In this document: one piece after another, positions 46,280 to 54,857 of the stretch
Layout: every line of letters starts with the position of its first letter
Position numbering within the stretch: the stretch's first letter is position 1
Origin: Candidatus Krumholzibacteriia bacterium
Lineage (GTDB): Bacteria; Krumholzibacteriota; Krumholzibacteriia; LZORAL124-64-63
DNA length: 64,000 nucleotides
Assembly: GCA_050174015.1 (NCBI GenBank)
Contig: JBFXKG010000003.1
Span: 1 to 64,000 of the forward strand
Reading direction: 5' to 3'
The notes under the pieces: generated by a model
Databases searched by the model: none
What the model was told of the DNA's origin: nothing
Seen by the model: only the letters and a program-made list of their open reading frames with translations
Program-made: the position numbers and the translations under genes

Positions 46280-47197
46280 ATGAGCGAAAGACGCGGATGC
46301 TTCAAGACCGGCTGCCTGGGATGTCTGGGTCTGCTGGGGGTCGTGATCCTGTTCTCCGTGATCATGGCCGGGCTGGCCTGGAAGAGCCTGGACGACCAGG
46401 AGCTCGTGGATGGGCAGTACCGGCCCGACTCGACCATGGTGGACGCCGGCGGCGGGGTGTTGCCGGAGGACTGGCGCAGCCGGCCCGGCCGCCTCATCCT
46501 GGAGCTGGGCCAGGGCGAGTTCGTCATCAGACCGGCGCCCGAGGGCGAGGGTCTGAGCGCACGCGCGCGGTTCGACTCGGAGGTCCACGCCATCGAGGAG
46601 AACTTCTCGGTCGAGCCCGATTCGACCTGGGTCTACGGTCTCCGCTTCCACCGGCACATGCCGGGGATGCAGGCGATGTTCCGGGCGATCCTCGGCGGCG
46701 ACACCGACGCCAGGGTCGAGGTCTTCATTCCCCGGGACGTTCCCATCATCCTCCAGTTGCTCGTGGAGGAGGGCGGGGGCGAGGCCGAACTCGGCGGCCT
46801 GTGGCTGACGGACGCCGACATCCGCTACAGCAAGGGCGGGTTCTCCCTGAACTTCGACGAGCCCCTGCGGGAACCCATGCGCAACCTGAGCATCCGCGGC
46901 AACATGGGCGGTTTCGAGGCGACGGGCCTGGGGCACGCCAGCCCGTCCCGGCTGGGAATCGACTGCCGGATGGGCGGCGCCGACGTCGATCTCAACGGTC
47001 TGTGGCTGCAGGATTGCGACATCGACCTGAAGATCCGCATGGGCGGGATGGGGGTCCGGGTGCCGCGCGACGTCCAGGTTTCGGGCGTGGAGGTCGGCGG
47101 CGGTCCGCTGGACATGCCCGACGGGGAGAGCCCGGTGCCCACCCTGCGGATGTCCACCGACATGAGCATGGGCGAAATCGAGGTGATCCGCCGATGA
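46280..47197 (+). CDS. Membrane-anchored beta-solenoid ('toast-rack'/LiaF-like) protein
   Basis: N-terminal GC...GC TM; repeated xMG.x.x motifs; ends MSMGEIEV. Confidence 0.5.
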   Translation: MSERRGCFKTGCLGCLGLLGVVILFSVIMAGLAWKSLDDQELVDGQYRPDSTMVDAGGGVLPEDWRSRPGRLILELGQGEFVIRPAPEGEGLSARARFDSEVHAIEENFSVEPDSTWVYGLRFHRHMPGMQAMFRAILGGDTDARVEVFIPRDVPIILQLLVEEGGGEAELGGLWLTDADIRYSKGGFSLNFDEPLREPMRNLSIRGNMGGFEATGLGHASPSRLGIDCRMGGADVDLNGLWLQDCDIDLKIRMGGMGVRVPRDVQVSGVEVGGGPLDMPDGESPVPTLRMSTDMSMGEIEVIRR

Positions 47198-47829
47198 ACC
47201 GATTCACGGAAATCCTGGCCACCGCCTTGCTGCTCGCGGCGCTGGCGGGATGCGCCTCCACCTCCGCCGGCCGCCGGAGCGCGGACCTGGACGTCCTGGT
47301 CGCCTGGATGACCGGCTCGTTCAGCAGCGGGGCGCAGGCCGAGACCGATCCCGACAACTACTACGACATCCGCCTGGAGATGGCTCCCATCTGGCCCGGG
47401 CGGACCGACGGCGCCTGGCTTTACGTCGAGCAGGCGGCGGCCTCGAGTCTGGACCGGCCCTACCGGCAGCGCGTCTACCGCGTCCACGAAGTCGAACCGG
47501 GCCTGTTCGCCAGCGAGGTCTACGAACTGCCCGATCCGGCCGCGGCCGTGGGCGCCTGGCGGGATCCGGCCCGGCTCGCGGGCCTGTCTCCGCAGGACCT
47601 GGTCTCGCGTGAAGGATGCGCCGTCTACCTCCGCCGGCAGAGCGACGGCTCCTTCACCGGCGGCACCCGCGACCGCGAGTGCGGCAGCAGCCTGCGCGGC
47701 GCAGCCTACGCCACCAGCGAGATCACCCTGCAGGGCAACCGGTTGGAGAGCTGGGACCGGGGCTGGGACGCGGCGGGGGTGCAGGTCTGGGGGGCGGAGA
47801 AGGGGCCGTACGTTTTCGTGAAGAGGTGA
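47194..47829 (+). CDS. CpcT/CpeT family lipoprotein
   Basis: Lipobox LAGC; MTGSFSS..QA, WLYVEQA.....RPYRQRVY, GA.YATSE, SWDRG.D..G.QVWG...GPY.F. Confidence 0.85.
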   Translation: MNRFTEILATALLLAALAGCASTSAGRRSADLDVLVAWMTGSFSSGAQAETDPDNYYDIRLEMAPIWPGRTDGAWLYVEQAAASSLDRPYRQRVYRVHEVEPGLFASEVYELPDPAAAVGAWRDPARLAGLSPQDLVSREGCAVYLRRQSDGSFTGGTRDRECGSSLRGAAYATSEITLQGNRLESWDRGWDAAGVQVWGAEKGPYVFVKR

Positions 47830-47886
47830 GGGCCGACAAGGTGGCTTGTTGTCCCCCCTTCCAAAGCCACACGGTATATCGCAATG

Positions 47887-48500
47887 TTATGCAATAGAAG
47901 AGGAGTGAGTCGTTGAGCATTGCCGACTATATTGGTGTGGCCGGGTTCGCTCTCGCTGTTCTGACGTTCGCTCTCACTCGTTGGGAACGCAGGGTGCGAC
48001 TTGGATTCGAATTCTTTACCGATTGGGACAAGCGGTTTAGAGACGAGTTCGTTGGGGACAACGGCGACCCAATCGTAATCGCCCGCGTAATCAATACGGG
48101 CCAAGTGCCGGTGATTCTCGACCGTGAGAGTTTTGTGTTTCTCGGCGAGAAGAAAAGAGTTCCACAGTTCAATGCCGACTTTTTTGGAAAGGACGCAATC
48201 CCGGCGCCGCTGAACCCGGGACAGTGTCTAGAGGTTGGTATCCTTCTTGAGGCATTCGCTGGACTTGTTGAAGCAGGAGAGAAAGACATCGTTCCTCTCG
48301 GGCTTGAAGTTAAGGACGTGTCAGGTCGGACGTTTCGATCTAAAGACAAGTTCGAACTACTCATGGAAGTGCATGAGATTCAAACTAGAAACTGGCGATC
48401 GTAGCGTTGCATAACTTGAGTTTGCAGCTGACAAAGCCATTCGTCACGCGCCTGGCTTGCGCCAGGCCCGCGCCAAATAGCTTTGCAGCTGAAACAGACG
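47887..48500 (+). mobile_element. Solitary integron gene cassette
   Basis: GTTATGCAA (47886) is complementary to TTGCATAAC (48407-48415); single low-GC ORF followed by attC. Confidence 0.8.
47913..48404 (+). CDS. Cassette-borne hypothetical protein, N-terminal TM plus Ig-like segment
   Basis: AGGAG RBS, TTG start; IGVAGFALAVLTFAL TM; IN.G..PV.L, P.PL.PG. Confidence 0.7.
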   Translation: MSIADYIGVAGFALAVLTFALTRWERRVRLGFEFFTDWDKRFRDEFVGDNGDPIVIARVINTGQVPVILDRESFVFLGEKKRVPQFNADFFGKDAIPAPLNPGQCLEVGILLEAFAGLVEAGEKDIVPLGLEVKDVSGRTFRSKDKFELLMEVHEIQTRNWRS

Positions 48501-48506
48501 TTCGAT
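48407..48506 (+). mobile_element. attC site
   Basis: GCATAAC-ttgaGTTT(g)CAGCTGaCAAAGC...GCTTTGCAGCTGAAACagac-GTT; long imperfect palindrome with unpaired bases. Confidence 0.85.
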
Positions 48507-48531
48507 GGGCCCTTCCAGTTCGTAACCCCTT

Positions 48532-48573
48532 CGCCGCTCGGGGCGGGCCCCTTGGGGTTCGCTCCGAGCGGCG
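48532..48573 (+). terminator. GC-rich hairpin abutting the first (degenerate) CRISPR repeat
   Basis: cgccgctcggggcgggcccc-tt-ggggttcgctccgagcggcg. Confidence 0.4.
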
Positions 48574-49925
48574 CTGTGGATTGCCGGCAGGCTCTGATCA
48601 GTTACACTGAATTACCTGCGCATGATGGCGGCCCGTTTGTTGTGGATTGCCGGCAGGCTCTGATCAGTTACACTCTGTTGACGATGCCCCCGAAGTTGAA
48701 CGAGTTGTGGATTGCCGGCAGGCTCTGATCAGTTACACTCTCCTCCGCAAAACGGACACGGCTTCAGTTGTTGTGGATTGCCGGCAGGCTCTGATCAGTT
48801 ACACTTCCGGATCCCAAGGCTGTCTGCCAGATCTTGTTGTGGATTGCCGGCAGGCTCTGATCAGTTACACTCGAGGCCCTCCAATCCAAAGGCGCCAGCT
48901 TGTTGTGGATTGCCGGCAGGCTCTGATCAGTTACACTTTTCAGGAGTCCATGAACCAGGCGCTGAAGTTGTGGATTGCCGGCAGGCTCTGATCAGTTACA
49001 CTCTGGGCCGAAATCCTCGGAGGTCAGGCATGTTGTGGATTGCCGGCAGGCTCTGATCAGTTACACTGCCCCTGGAAAAGAAGAAGTGTACCCTCCTGTT
49101 GTGGATTGCCGGCAGGCTCTGATCAGTTACACTATCCTCCACGGCCTCCAGATCGGCGAGGATGTTGTGGATTGCCGGCAGGCTCTGATCAGTTACACTT
49201 TTCCATCTCCGCGACCGGGGCATCGGGGTGTTGTGGATTGCCGGCAGGCTCTGATCAGTTACACTCCGGGGAGATTAGTTAAAGTCACGGGTCAAGTTGT
49301 GGATTGCCGGCAGGCTCTGATCAGTTACACTTTACGTCACCGGATGGAAGGATTGACCTTGGTTGTGGATTGCCGGCAGGCTCTGATCAGTTACACTCCA
49401 CACCGCCGATGGTCAGCTGTTCGCCGTGTTGTGGATTGCCGGCAGGCTCTGATCAGTTACACTAGATCGGCGAGCGGTCCGAGATCGGCGCGTGTTGTGG
49501 ATTGCCGGCAGGCTCTGATCAGTTACACTCACCCACGCCGTTGAGAAGTGTCCAGCGGAGTTGTGGATTGCCGGCAGGCTCTGATCAGTTACACTCTTGC
49601 CCTTGAAGTCGCCCTCGTGCGCGTAGTTGTGGATTGCCGGCAGGCTCTGATCAGTTACACTCCTCGCCGGTGACGGTCGTGCTGCCGACCAGTTGTGGAT
49701 TGCCGGCAGGCTCTGATCAGTTACACTTCTCGCCGGGGTATACGGCGACACCCCATTGTTGTGGATTGCCGGCAGGCTCTGATCAGTTACACTAAGATAC
49801 GGGATTAACTGTGCGGCACGTTCGTTGTGGATTGCCGGCAGGCTCTGATCAGTTACACTGAATTGAAGAAACAATAGTATGATAACTTAGTTGTGGATTG
49901 CCGGCAGGCTCTGATCAGTTACACT
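48573..49925 (+). CRISPR. Type II-C CRISPR array, 21 repeats / 20 spacers
   Basis: 36-bp repeat GTTGTGGATTGCCGGCAGGCTCTGATCAGTTACACT; spacers 29-30 bp; first repeat begins GCT instead of GTT; orientation from G-U pairing with the tracrRNA. Confidence 0.98.
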
Positions 49926-49928
49926 ACA

Positions 49929-49967
49929 CCCCCCTCAACCCCCTGAAAACAAGGCGGTTGAGGGGGG
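49929..49967. terminator. Hairpin between the array and cas2
   Basis: cccccctcaacc...ggttgagggggg inverted repeat. Confidence 0.55.
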
Positions 49968-49974
49968 CTCTTGA

Positions 49975-50304
49975 TCAGAAAAGCTGGATCTGATCGGGTT
50001 GTTTCTCGGCCTTCCTGGCCATTTTGCTCAGGAAGCATTCCATCATCCCATATTGCTTGTCGGTGAATTTCAGGATCCGAACCTGCCCGTTGGGGGGGAG
50101 GTTGTGCTTGACCCGTTTGACGTGGACGGCCGCGTTATCGTCCGTCGGGCATGGTCGGCTGTAAACGGAATATTGGATCATGTCGAATCCATCTTCGAGC
50201 AAAAACTTCCGGAACCCCGTCGCCGCCTTCCGTTGGGGCTTGGTCTTCACCGGCAAGTCGAACATGACGAGGACCCACATGGCTCGAAACCCGCTCAATG
50301 GCAT
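49975..50304 (-). CDS. cas2: CRISPR-associated endonuclease Cas2
   Basis: MWVLVMFDLPV.TK..RK.A..FRK.LL.DGF.M.QYSVY; FTDKQYG.M. Confidence 0.95.
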   Translation of the reverse strand: MPLSGFRAMWVLVMFDLPVKTKPQRKAATGFRKFLLEDGFDMIQYSVYSRPCPTDDNAAVHVKRVKHNLPPNGQVRILKFTDKQYGMMECFLSKMARKAEKQPDQIQLF

Positions 50305-51236
50305 GGTCCAGATTCCTGGGGCAGGATGAGGAGGTCAGCTGCATCCACTGCGGAACCTCTATTTTTCACCTGCTCCTCGATGGCTTTGGCTAGGGAACTT
50401 GCCGAGCGTTCGACGGCGATAGCCAGGACGGTCGACTCCCCCTTCAGGGTCACTTCCCGCATGAGACTGCCGATGATGGAGGCCTTCGAGTCCTTGTTCA
50501 GTTCCAATGACCCGGTGGCGACCAGGCCAAGGACTTCCCGATCGATGTAAGGCCTGAAGGGTTCCATGAGGTCGTCGGCAAGGCAGAATCCGTTGTAGCG
50601 GTTCCGGTGGTGAAGGCCGATGGCGGGATGGAGGCCTGCAATGCAAAGGGCCCGGGCGGTGGCTGCCCGGAGCACAGCATAACCGTAATTCAGCAGGTTG
50701 TTGGGCGGCGCTCCGTGCCGGTACCGGTGGAATGGGGGGGCCACGGCGCGGGGGAACTTTTCGAAAAGTTTGATCCAATAGATCCTGGCTGCCTGGCTTT
50801 CGGCATTTCCTTCGTCTCCACTGCGGACTTTTTCCGCCATCATTTCGAGCTGGTTCCGACAAGCAGGCTCTGTGATCAGGTGCGCCTGGTTCCTGATCTT
50901 TGCCCTGACGATGTTGGCCCAGAGGTTCTTCTTGAGGGGGAGGGAGGCTGCGGCCTGGAACCTCACCCGTTCCCCGTGGAGCGCGTTGCCATCGAGGGGC
51001 AAGAACAGGCCGCAAGGGTGGTGAGTGTCGTCGCATGCGAGAATGACACCGCCTGAAGTCCCGAGAGCTTTCAGGACTCCCGAGGAAATCGTGACGCCCG
51101 TCGTACCGAGGATGACCATCCCGAGATCCTCGACGGGAATACTGGCAAGGGTTGTCTCTTCCCTCTCCACCACGATGCGGGATTCCCGCAGGAAGAGGTG
51201 GGTTCCGCGGGAGGAGACTTCGATAGTCCTTTTCAT
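50295..51236 (-). CDS. cas1: Type II CRISPR-associated endonuclease Cas1
   Basis: IPVEDLG, KI.NQ, E.QAAR.YW, N.LLNYGYA.LR, G..H.N..N.F.LADDLMEPFRP. Confidence 0.96.
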   Translation of the reverse strand: MKRTIEVSSRGTHLFLRESRIVVEREETTLASIPVEDLGMVILGTTGVTISSGVLKALGTSGGVILACDDTHHPCGLFLPLDGNALHGERVRFQAAASLPLKKNLWANIVRAKIRNQAHLITEPACRNQLEMMAEKVRSGDEGNAESQAARIYWIKLFEKFPRAVAPPFHRYRHGAPPNNLLNYGYAVLRAATARALCIAGLHPAIGLHHRNRYNGFCLADDLMEPFRPYIDREVLGLVATGSLELNKDSKASIIGSLMREVTLKGESTVLAIAVERSASSLAKAIEEQVKNRGSAVDAADLLILPQESGPCH

Positions 51237-51284
51237 GGGGCCTCCAATCAGGCCCCATGGTTATCGGCGGGAAAATGAGATTGT

Positions 51285-54200
51285 TTAGTCGTTTGCCGGA
51301 AAAATCCGACCCAATGGATCCACTTGGATTTTTTTTACCATTAATTCATTCCAAACTTTGAATGAGGCAATTCTTTGAAATGGAGATTTATTTCCAATAT
51401 CTGCACGTCTGGAATCCCGTGCGTCCCTAATAAGCAAATCGAATCGATTTGAAAGCAAATCCGATCCGGAAATATTCTGAATTACACAAACAACCATTTC
51501 CCCCGTTTTGGGATTAAGGGCCTGGACGGACTCCTTTCTGGCCAACGAACAGACGAATTTTTTGTCATTGCCTTGATCTTTGCAAACGGCAGGTTGTTTG
51601 GCTTTTCGAATTCGACGAGCCGCTTCCATGGCCGGGATTACCGCGGCCCATAACTTAAGAGATCTTCCCGAAATGTCGCACTCCTTTGATGCCACTATTT
51701 CCATATGGCTATTTTTTCCTAGTTCCGCAATTCGATGTTTCAATATGGCAGTGTTTTTTATCGTTTTTTCAATCCTCACCTTGCGGATGGGCATTCCCGC
51801 AGGCATGCAAAGGGCAGGCTCGTGCCAACCCTTGGGCAGGGCTTTGGCTTGCCCATCCCAGCCGCGTTCCTCCAGACGCCGGGTGATGATGTGCCTGATG
51901 ACTTCGTCCCGAATGTTCGGGACAACACTTCCACTAAGCGCAGACAAGTCCTTCCGGGTGACGAATGAATCGACTTTGAGATTGCCCTCCCGATCCCGTG
52001 CGGGGCCGTAGAATGTTTCCTTGTGGAGGGCCCCGCTCAGCTTCCGCATGACCCGGTGGGAAACAGTGATGGAAGTCGCGTGGTCGCGTACATCGGCACG
52101 AATTTCCGCCCAGGGTTTGGGAAAATCAGGGTCCTTACCGGACTTCGAGGAATCCTTGACCTTCCAGTAATCCTGATATCGCTTCAGGAATCTCCGGGTG
52201 GAAAGGGCGATGACCACCGCATCGATGGCATGATGGCGATGGTCATCCCGCGATTTCAAGGGATTGCCGTCGGCATCTTTCTTCTCTGAAACGACTTCAT
52301 TGCCGTCGGCATTGTAAAGTGGGGGCAGGATGTTGTTCAGCCCCCACTGTCGGCGCAATTCTGCGGTCAAGCCGCCCCGGCAGGTCTGGATGGCCTTTTC
52401 CCCAGTCCGCAATTCGGGGGGGTAGAGCAGACCCAGATACTGGACGACAAGCGTGGTAAGATACCGGGTGTCATTGAGTTGGCGTAGGGCGAAGGCTTCC
52501 TCGTCCAGGGACAATTTTTTCAGCTTTGCAATTTTCGCGTCCGGAAACGGAACCTCGGCCTTCTTCCCGTTATCAATCTGCTTCTGTGCCCGGCGGATCA
52601 CTTCCCGGAAGCGGTCCGAATCGGGCCCCAACCACTCCGCTGGGGTCCTGTTCCCCTTGTCGAGGTTGGCGGACCTGTGGACCAGGACCTTGTTCATCTG
52701 GGAGTCGTCGAGGCTGCGCCACCTTGGCAGGATGTGGTCGACCTCCCATTCGCCGCCATCGAAGAGTTCGGAAGCAGGAATGGGCCGGCCCGTGTAGAGG
52801 CAGATTTCTCCCTGCTCCTTCCAGAAAAGCCAGCGGTTGATGTCATCGCGGTAGGCCGGGTTCCCCCCGAATTCGGCCACATGTTCCGCGGCCTCTTTGC
52901 GGGATTCCTCCCTGTCACTAATCATCTTGGTGTACTTCTTGCGCGCTTCCGTTCCCTGTTTCATCTCCCTGGCCATTTCCACAACGATGCGCTGGGGAAG
53001 GCCATGCTCCCTAAGGAGGGCGTTGATCACCTTCCGGACCTCCACCAGGGCCCTGCGGACGATGGGATTGGTGAGGTTTTCGAGCTCCTGGGGAAGATCC
53101 GGAGATGATAGCGGGGGCAACCTCTCCATGGCATCGAAAACGCGCCTATCCGGGTAGGCCTCCTTGACGGCCTGGTACTCGCCAGCACCCATTTCGAAAT
53201 GAGGGAGCAGGTTTTCCACGGCTTTCAAGGAATAGCCCAGGTATCCATCCGCCGGCGTCCACGGAGCCAGCTTAACCGCAGAATCCCTTTCCAGACCCGC
53301 TCCGCAGAGCTGGCGAACGAGAAGGTCCTGGTCCTCCCCGTGGACGATACCCCAACGGAGGGCGGTCTTGGTTTCGTCGGCCACATCCGCCCATTTCTTC
53401 TTGCCGAAGGCGACGGAGAGCTTGTGTTCCACGGAATTCCCGAGAAGGGCTTTCCTGTCCCCGCGTTCGAGGTTGAACCGGGCGTCGGGATCGAGGCCCA
53501 GTTTGAAGAGGGCTTTGCGGAGATCGTCGAACTTCACCTTGTCCTTGATGGAAAGGAGTGATAGGACCGCTTCACGTTCATTCGGTGCGAGGTCCCTTTC
53601 CTTCCCGAAGTGCTCGCTGACTCGGAGATTTGCGACTTCCTTGAAGATCCGGAATTGCTGGGCTTTCCAATCACCTTTGGGGCAGCATAGTTCCCCAGGC
53701 TCGAAGGGGCAGGGGCGGACCGATGGGGCGCGGTGCAGGTTGGCTCTCGCCGGTGCTCGGTTTCGTCGTTCCTCGGTCACTTCGAAGGGGTGCTGGAAGA
53801 AGATGGTTTCGTGGATTTTCTCGACCAGATCCGGGGTCAAAAGCTCGGGGTGGAATTCCCTTTGTGAGGAAATCAGAGCCTCGAATTCCTGTTCATACAT
53901 GTCCCGCCGCGTGTGGCGCTTGCGGATCCGGGCAATGTCAGGTCCCTGCCCTGATCGAGCAATCTTATCCAGGTACTGGCCGAGGGTTTTGCATCCCGCC
54001 TCCTTGATGTCCTTTTCCAGTTGCCCGATTTCCAGGAGGATTCCCTCGTCGTCCTTGGCCTTTCCCCCTTTGCGGTTCGACTTGAAGCCGCGGCGCTGGC
54101 AGATGTGCAGGAGGATCCGGCCGAGTTCATGGGGCTCGACGGCTTGGGACAAGGCCATAGCCCGGAGTTGGTAAGGGTCGGACCGAAAGAGAGCGTCAAG

Positions 54201-54509
54201 TTGGTTTTGATCCTCCGGCAGCAGCCCCGCCTCGGTCAACAGCGAGCGCAACTGCTTTTTCCGAGCGTTGCGCCGGGCGTGGTTCCTCCGCATGGACCGG
54301 GCCGTTCTCCGGGCCTGATTCAGGGATTGTTCTTTGGCCGTGTCGAAATTGTCGAGTCCGGCTTCGAAAACCCGGACCCCCATGGGCGGATGCTGGGCGG
54401 CGGAGGTATCGAAAAAACCGACGGGTTCACCCGTTTCGGGATCCGCTTCGAGCATGGCCCAGCCGATGGAATTCGGTCCGAGATCCAAGCCGAGAATATA
54501 TCGCGCCAT
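51285..54509 (-). CDS. cas9: Type II-C Cas9, 1074 aa
   Basis: RuvC-I LGLDLGPNSIGWA; Arg-rich bridge helix; QRRGFKSNRK; RuvC-II IVVEMARE; HNH VDHILP...NKVL..N..K.N.TP; RuvC-III HHAIDAVVIA; no csn2 or cas4. Confidence 0.97.
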   Translation of the reverse strand: MARYILGLDLGPNSIGWAMLEADPETGEPVGFFDTSAAQHPPMGVRVFEAGLDNFDTAKEQSLNQARRTARSMRRNHARRNARKKQLRSLLTEAGLLPEDQNQLDALFRSDPYQLRAMALSQAVEPHELGRILLHICQRRGFKSNRKGGKAKDDEGILLEIGQLEKDIKEAGCKTLGQYLDKIARSGQGPDIARIRKRHTRRDMYEQEFEALISSQREFHPELLTPDLVEKIHETIFFQHPFEVTEERRNRAPARANLHRAPSVRPCPFEPGELCCPKGDWKAQQFRIFKEVANLRVSEHFGKERDLAPNEREAVLSLLSIKDKVKFDDLRKALFKLGLDPDARFNLERGDRKALLGNSVEHKLSVAFGKKKWADVADETKTALRWGIVHGEDQDLLVRQLCGAGLERDSAVKLAPWTPADGYLGYSLKAVENLLPHFEMGAGEYQAVKEAYPDRRVFDAMERLPPLSSPDLPQELENLTNPIVRRALVEVRKVINALLREHGLPQRIVVEMAREMKQGTEARKKYTKMISDREESRKEAAEHVAEFGGNPAYRDDINRWLFWKEQGEICLYTGRPIPASELFDGGEWEVDHILPRWRSLDDSQMNKVLVHRSANLDKGNRTPAEWLGPDSDRFREVIRRAQKQIDNGKKAEVPFPDAKIAKLKKLSLDEEAFALRQLNDTRYLTTLVVQYLGLLYPPELRTGEKAIQTCRGGLTAELRRQWGLNNILPPLYNADGNEVVSEKKDADGNPLKSRDDHRHHAIDAVVIALSTRRFLKRYQDYWKVKDSSKSGKDPDFPKPWAEIRADVRDHATSITVSHRVMRKLSGALHKETFYGPARDREGNLKVDSFVTRKDLSALSGSVVPNIRDEVIRHIITRRLEERGWDGQAKALPKGWHEPALCMPAGMPIRKVRIEKTIKNTAILKHRIAELGKNSHMEIVASKECDISGRSLKLWAAVIPAMEAARRIRKAKQPAVCKDQGNDKKFVCSLARKESVQALNPKTGEMVVCVIQNISGSDLLSNRFDLLIRDARDSRRADIGNKSPFQRIASFKVWNELMVKKIQVDPLGRIFPAND

Positions 54510-54567
54510 AGTTCCAACTCCCTTGGTGGTATAGGATTAATAAACTGTAGAAGATGAGATTAGCATC

Positions 54568-54596
54568 TTGACATCCCCATGCCAAGCCGATAAAAT
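54568..54596 (+). promoter_or_regulatory. tracrRNA promoter (TTGACA-17-TAAAAT)
   Basis: Predicted +1 near A54603, the first base of the anti-repeat. Confidence 0.75.
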
Positions 54597-54602
54597 GCTT
54601 TC

Positions 54603-54700
54603 AGTGTAACTGATCAGGGTCTGCTGTTCTTTTCACACCAAGGACTCAGATCCGCAGGCTCTGCGGCCCGGCTTCGGTCGGGTCGCAACCGTTTCAGGCC
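54603..54700 (+). ncRNA. tracrRNA
   Basis: AGTGTAACTGATCAGGGTCTGC pairs with the repeat (A>G and C>T changes give G-U wobbles); then TTCACACC-AAGG nexus and hairpins CCGCAG/CTGCGG and GGCCCGGC-TTCG-GTCGGGTC; 3' end uncertain. Confidence 0.88.
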
Positions 54701-54857
54701 TGGAATCTCCTCCCACGCCTTTCCGGAATTTCCATACTTCGAAGCCCATTTCTGCTACAATGAATGCCTTGGTGTACCCAGGGTCCCTTGCCTTTGGTAG
54801 CCGGCCAGATGGCAGGAACCAGGCTGCGGCAGGTTCGCCGCGAACCGGGAGCAAGCC

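Noticed and set aside
48407..48610. ORF MHNLSLQLTKPFVTRLACARPAP...
   Set aside because: Spurious translation of the attC palindrome.
48483..49874. ORFs with repeated VVDCRQALISYT or SVTDQSLPAIHN
   Set aside because: Translations of the CRISPR repeat.
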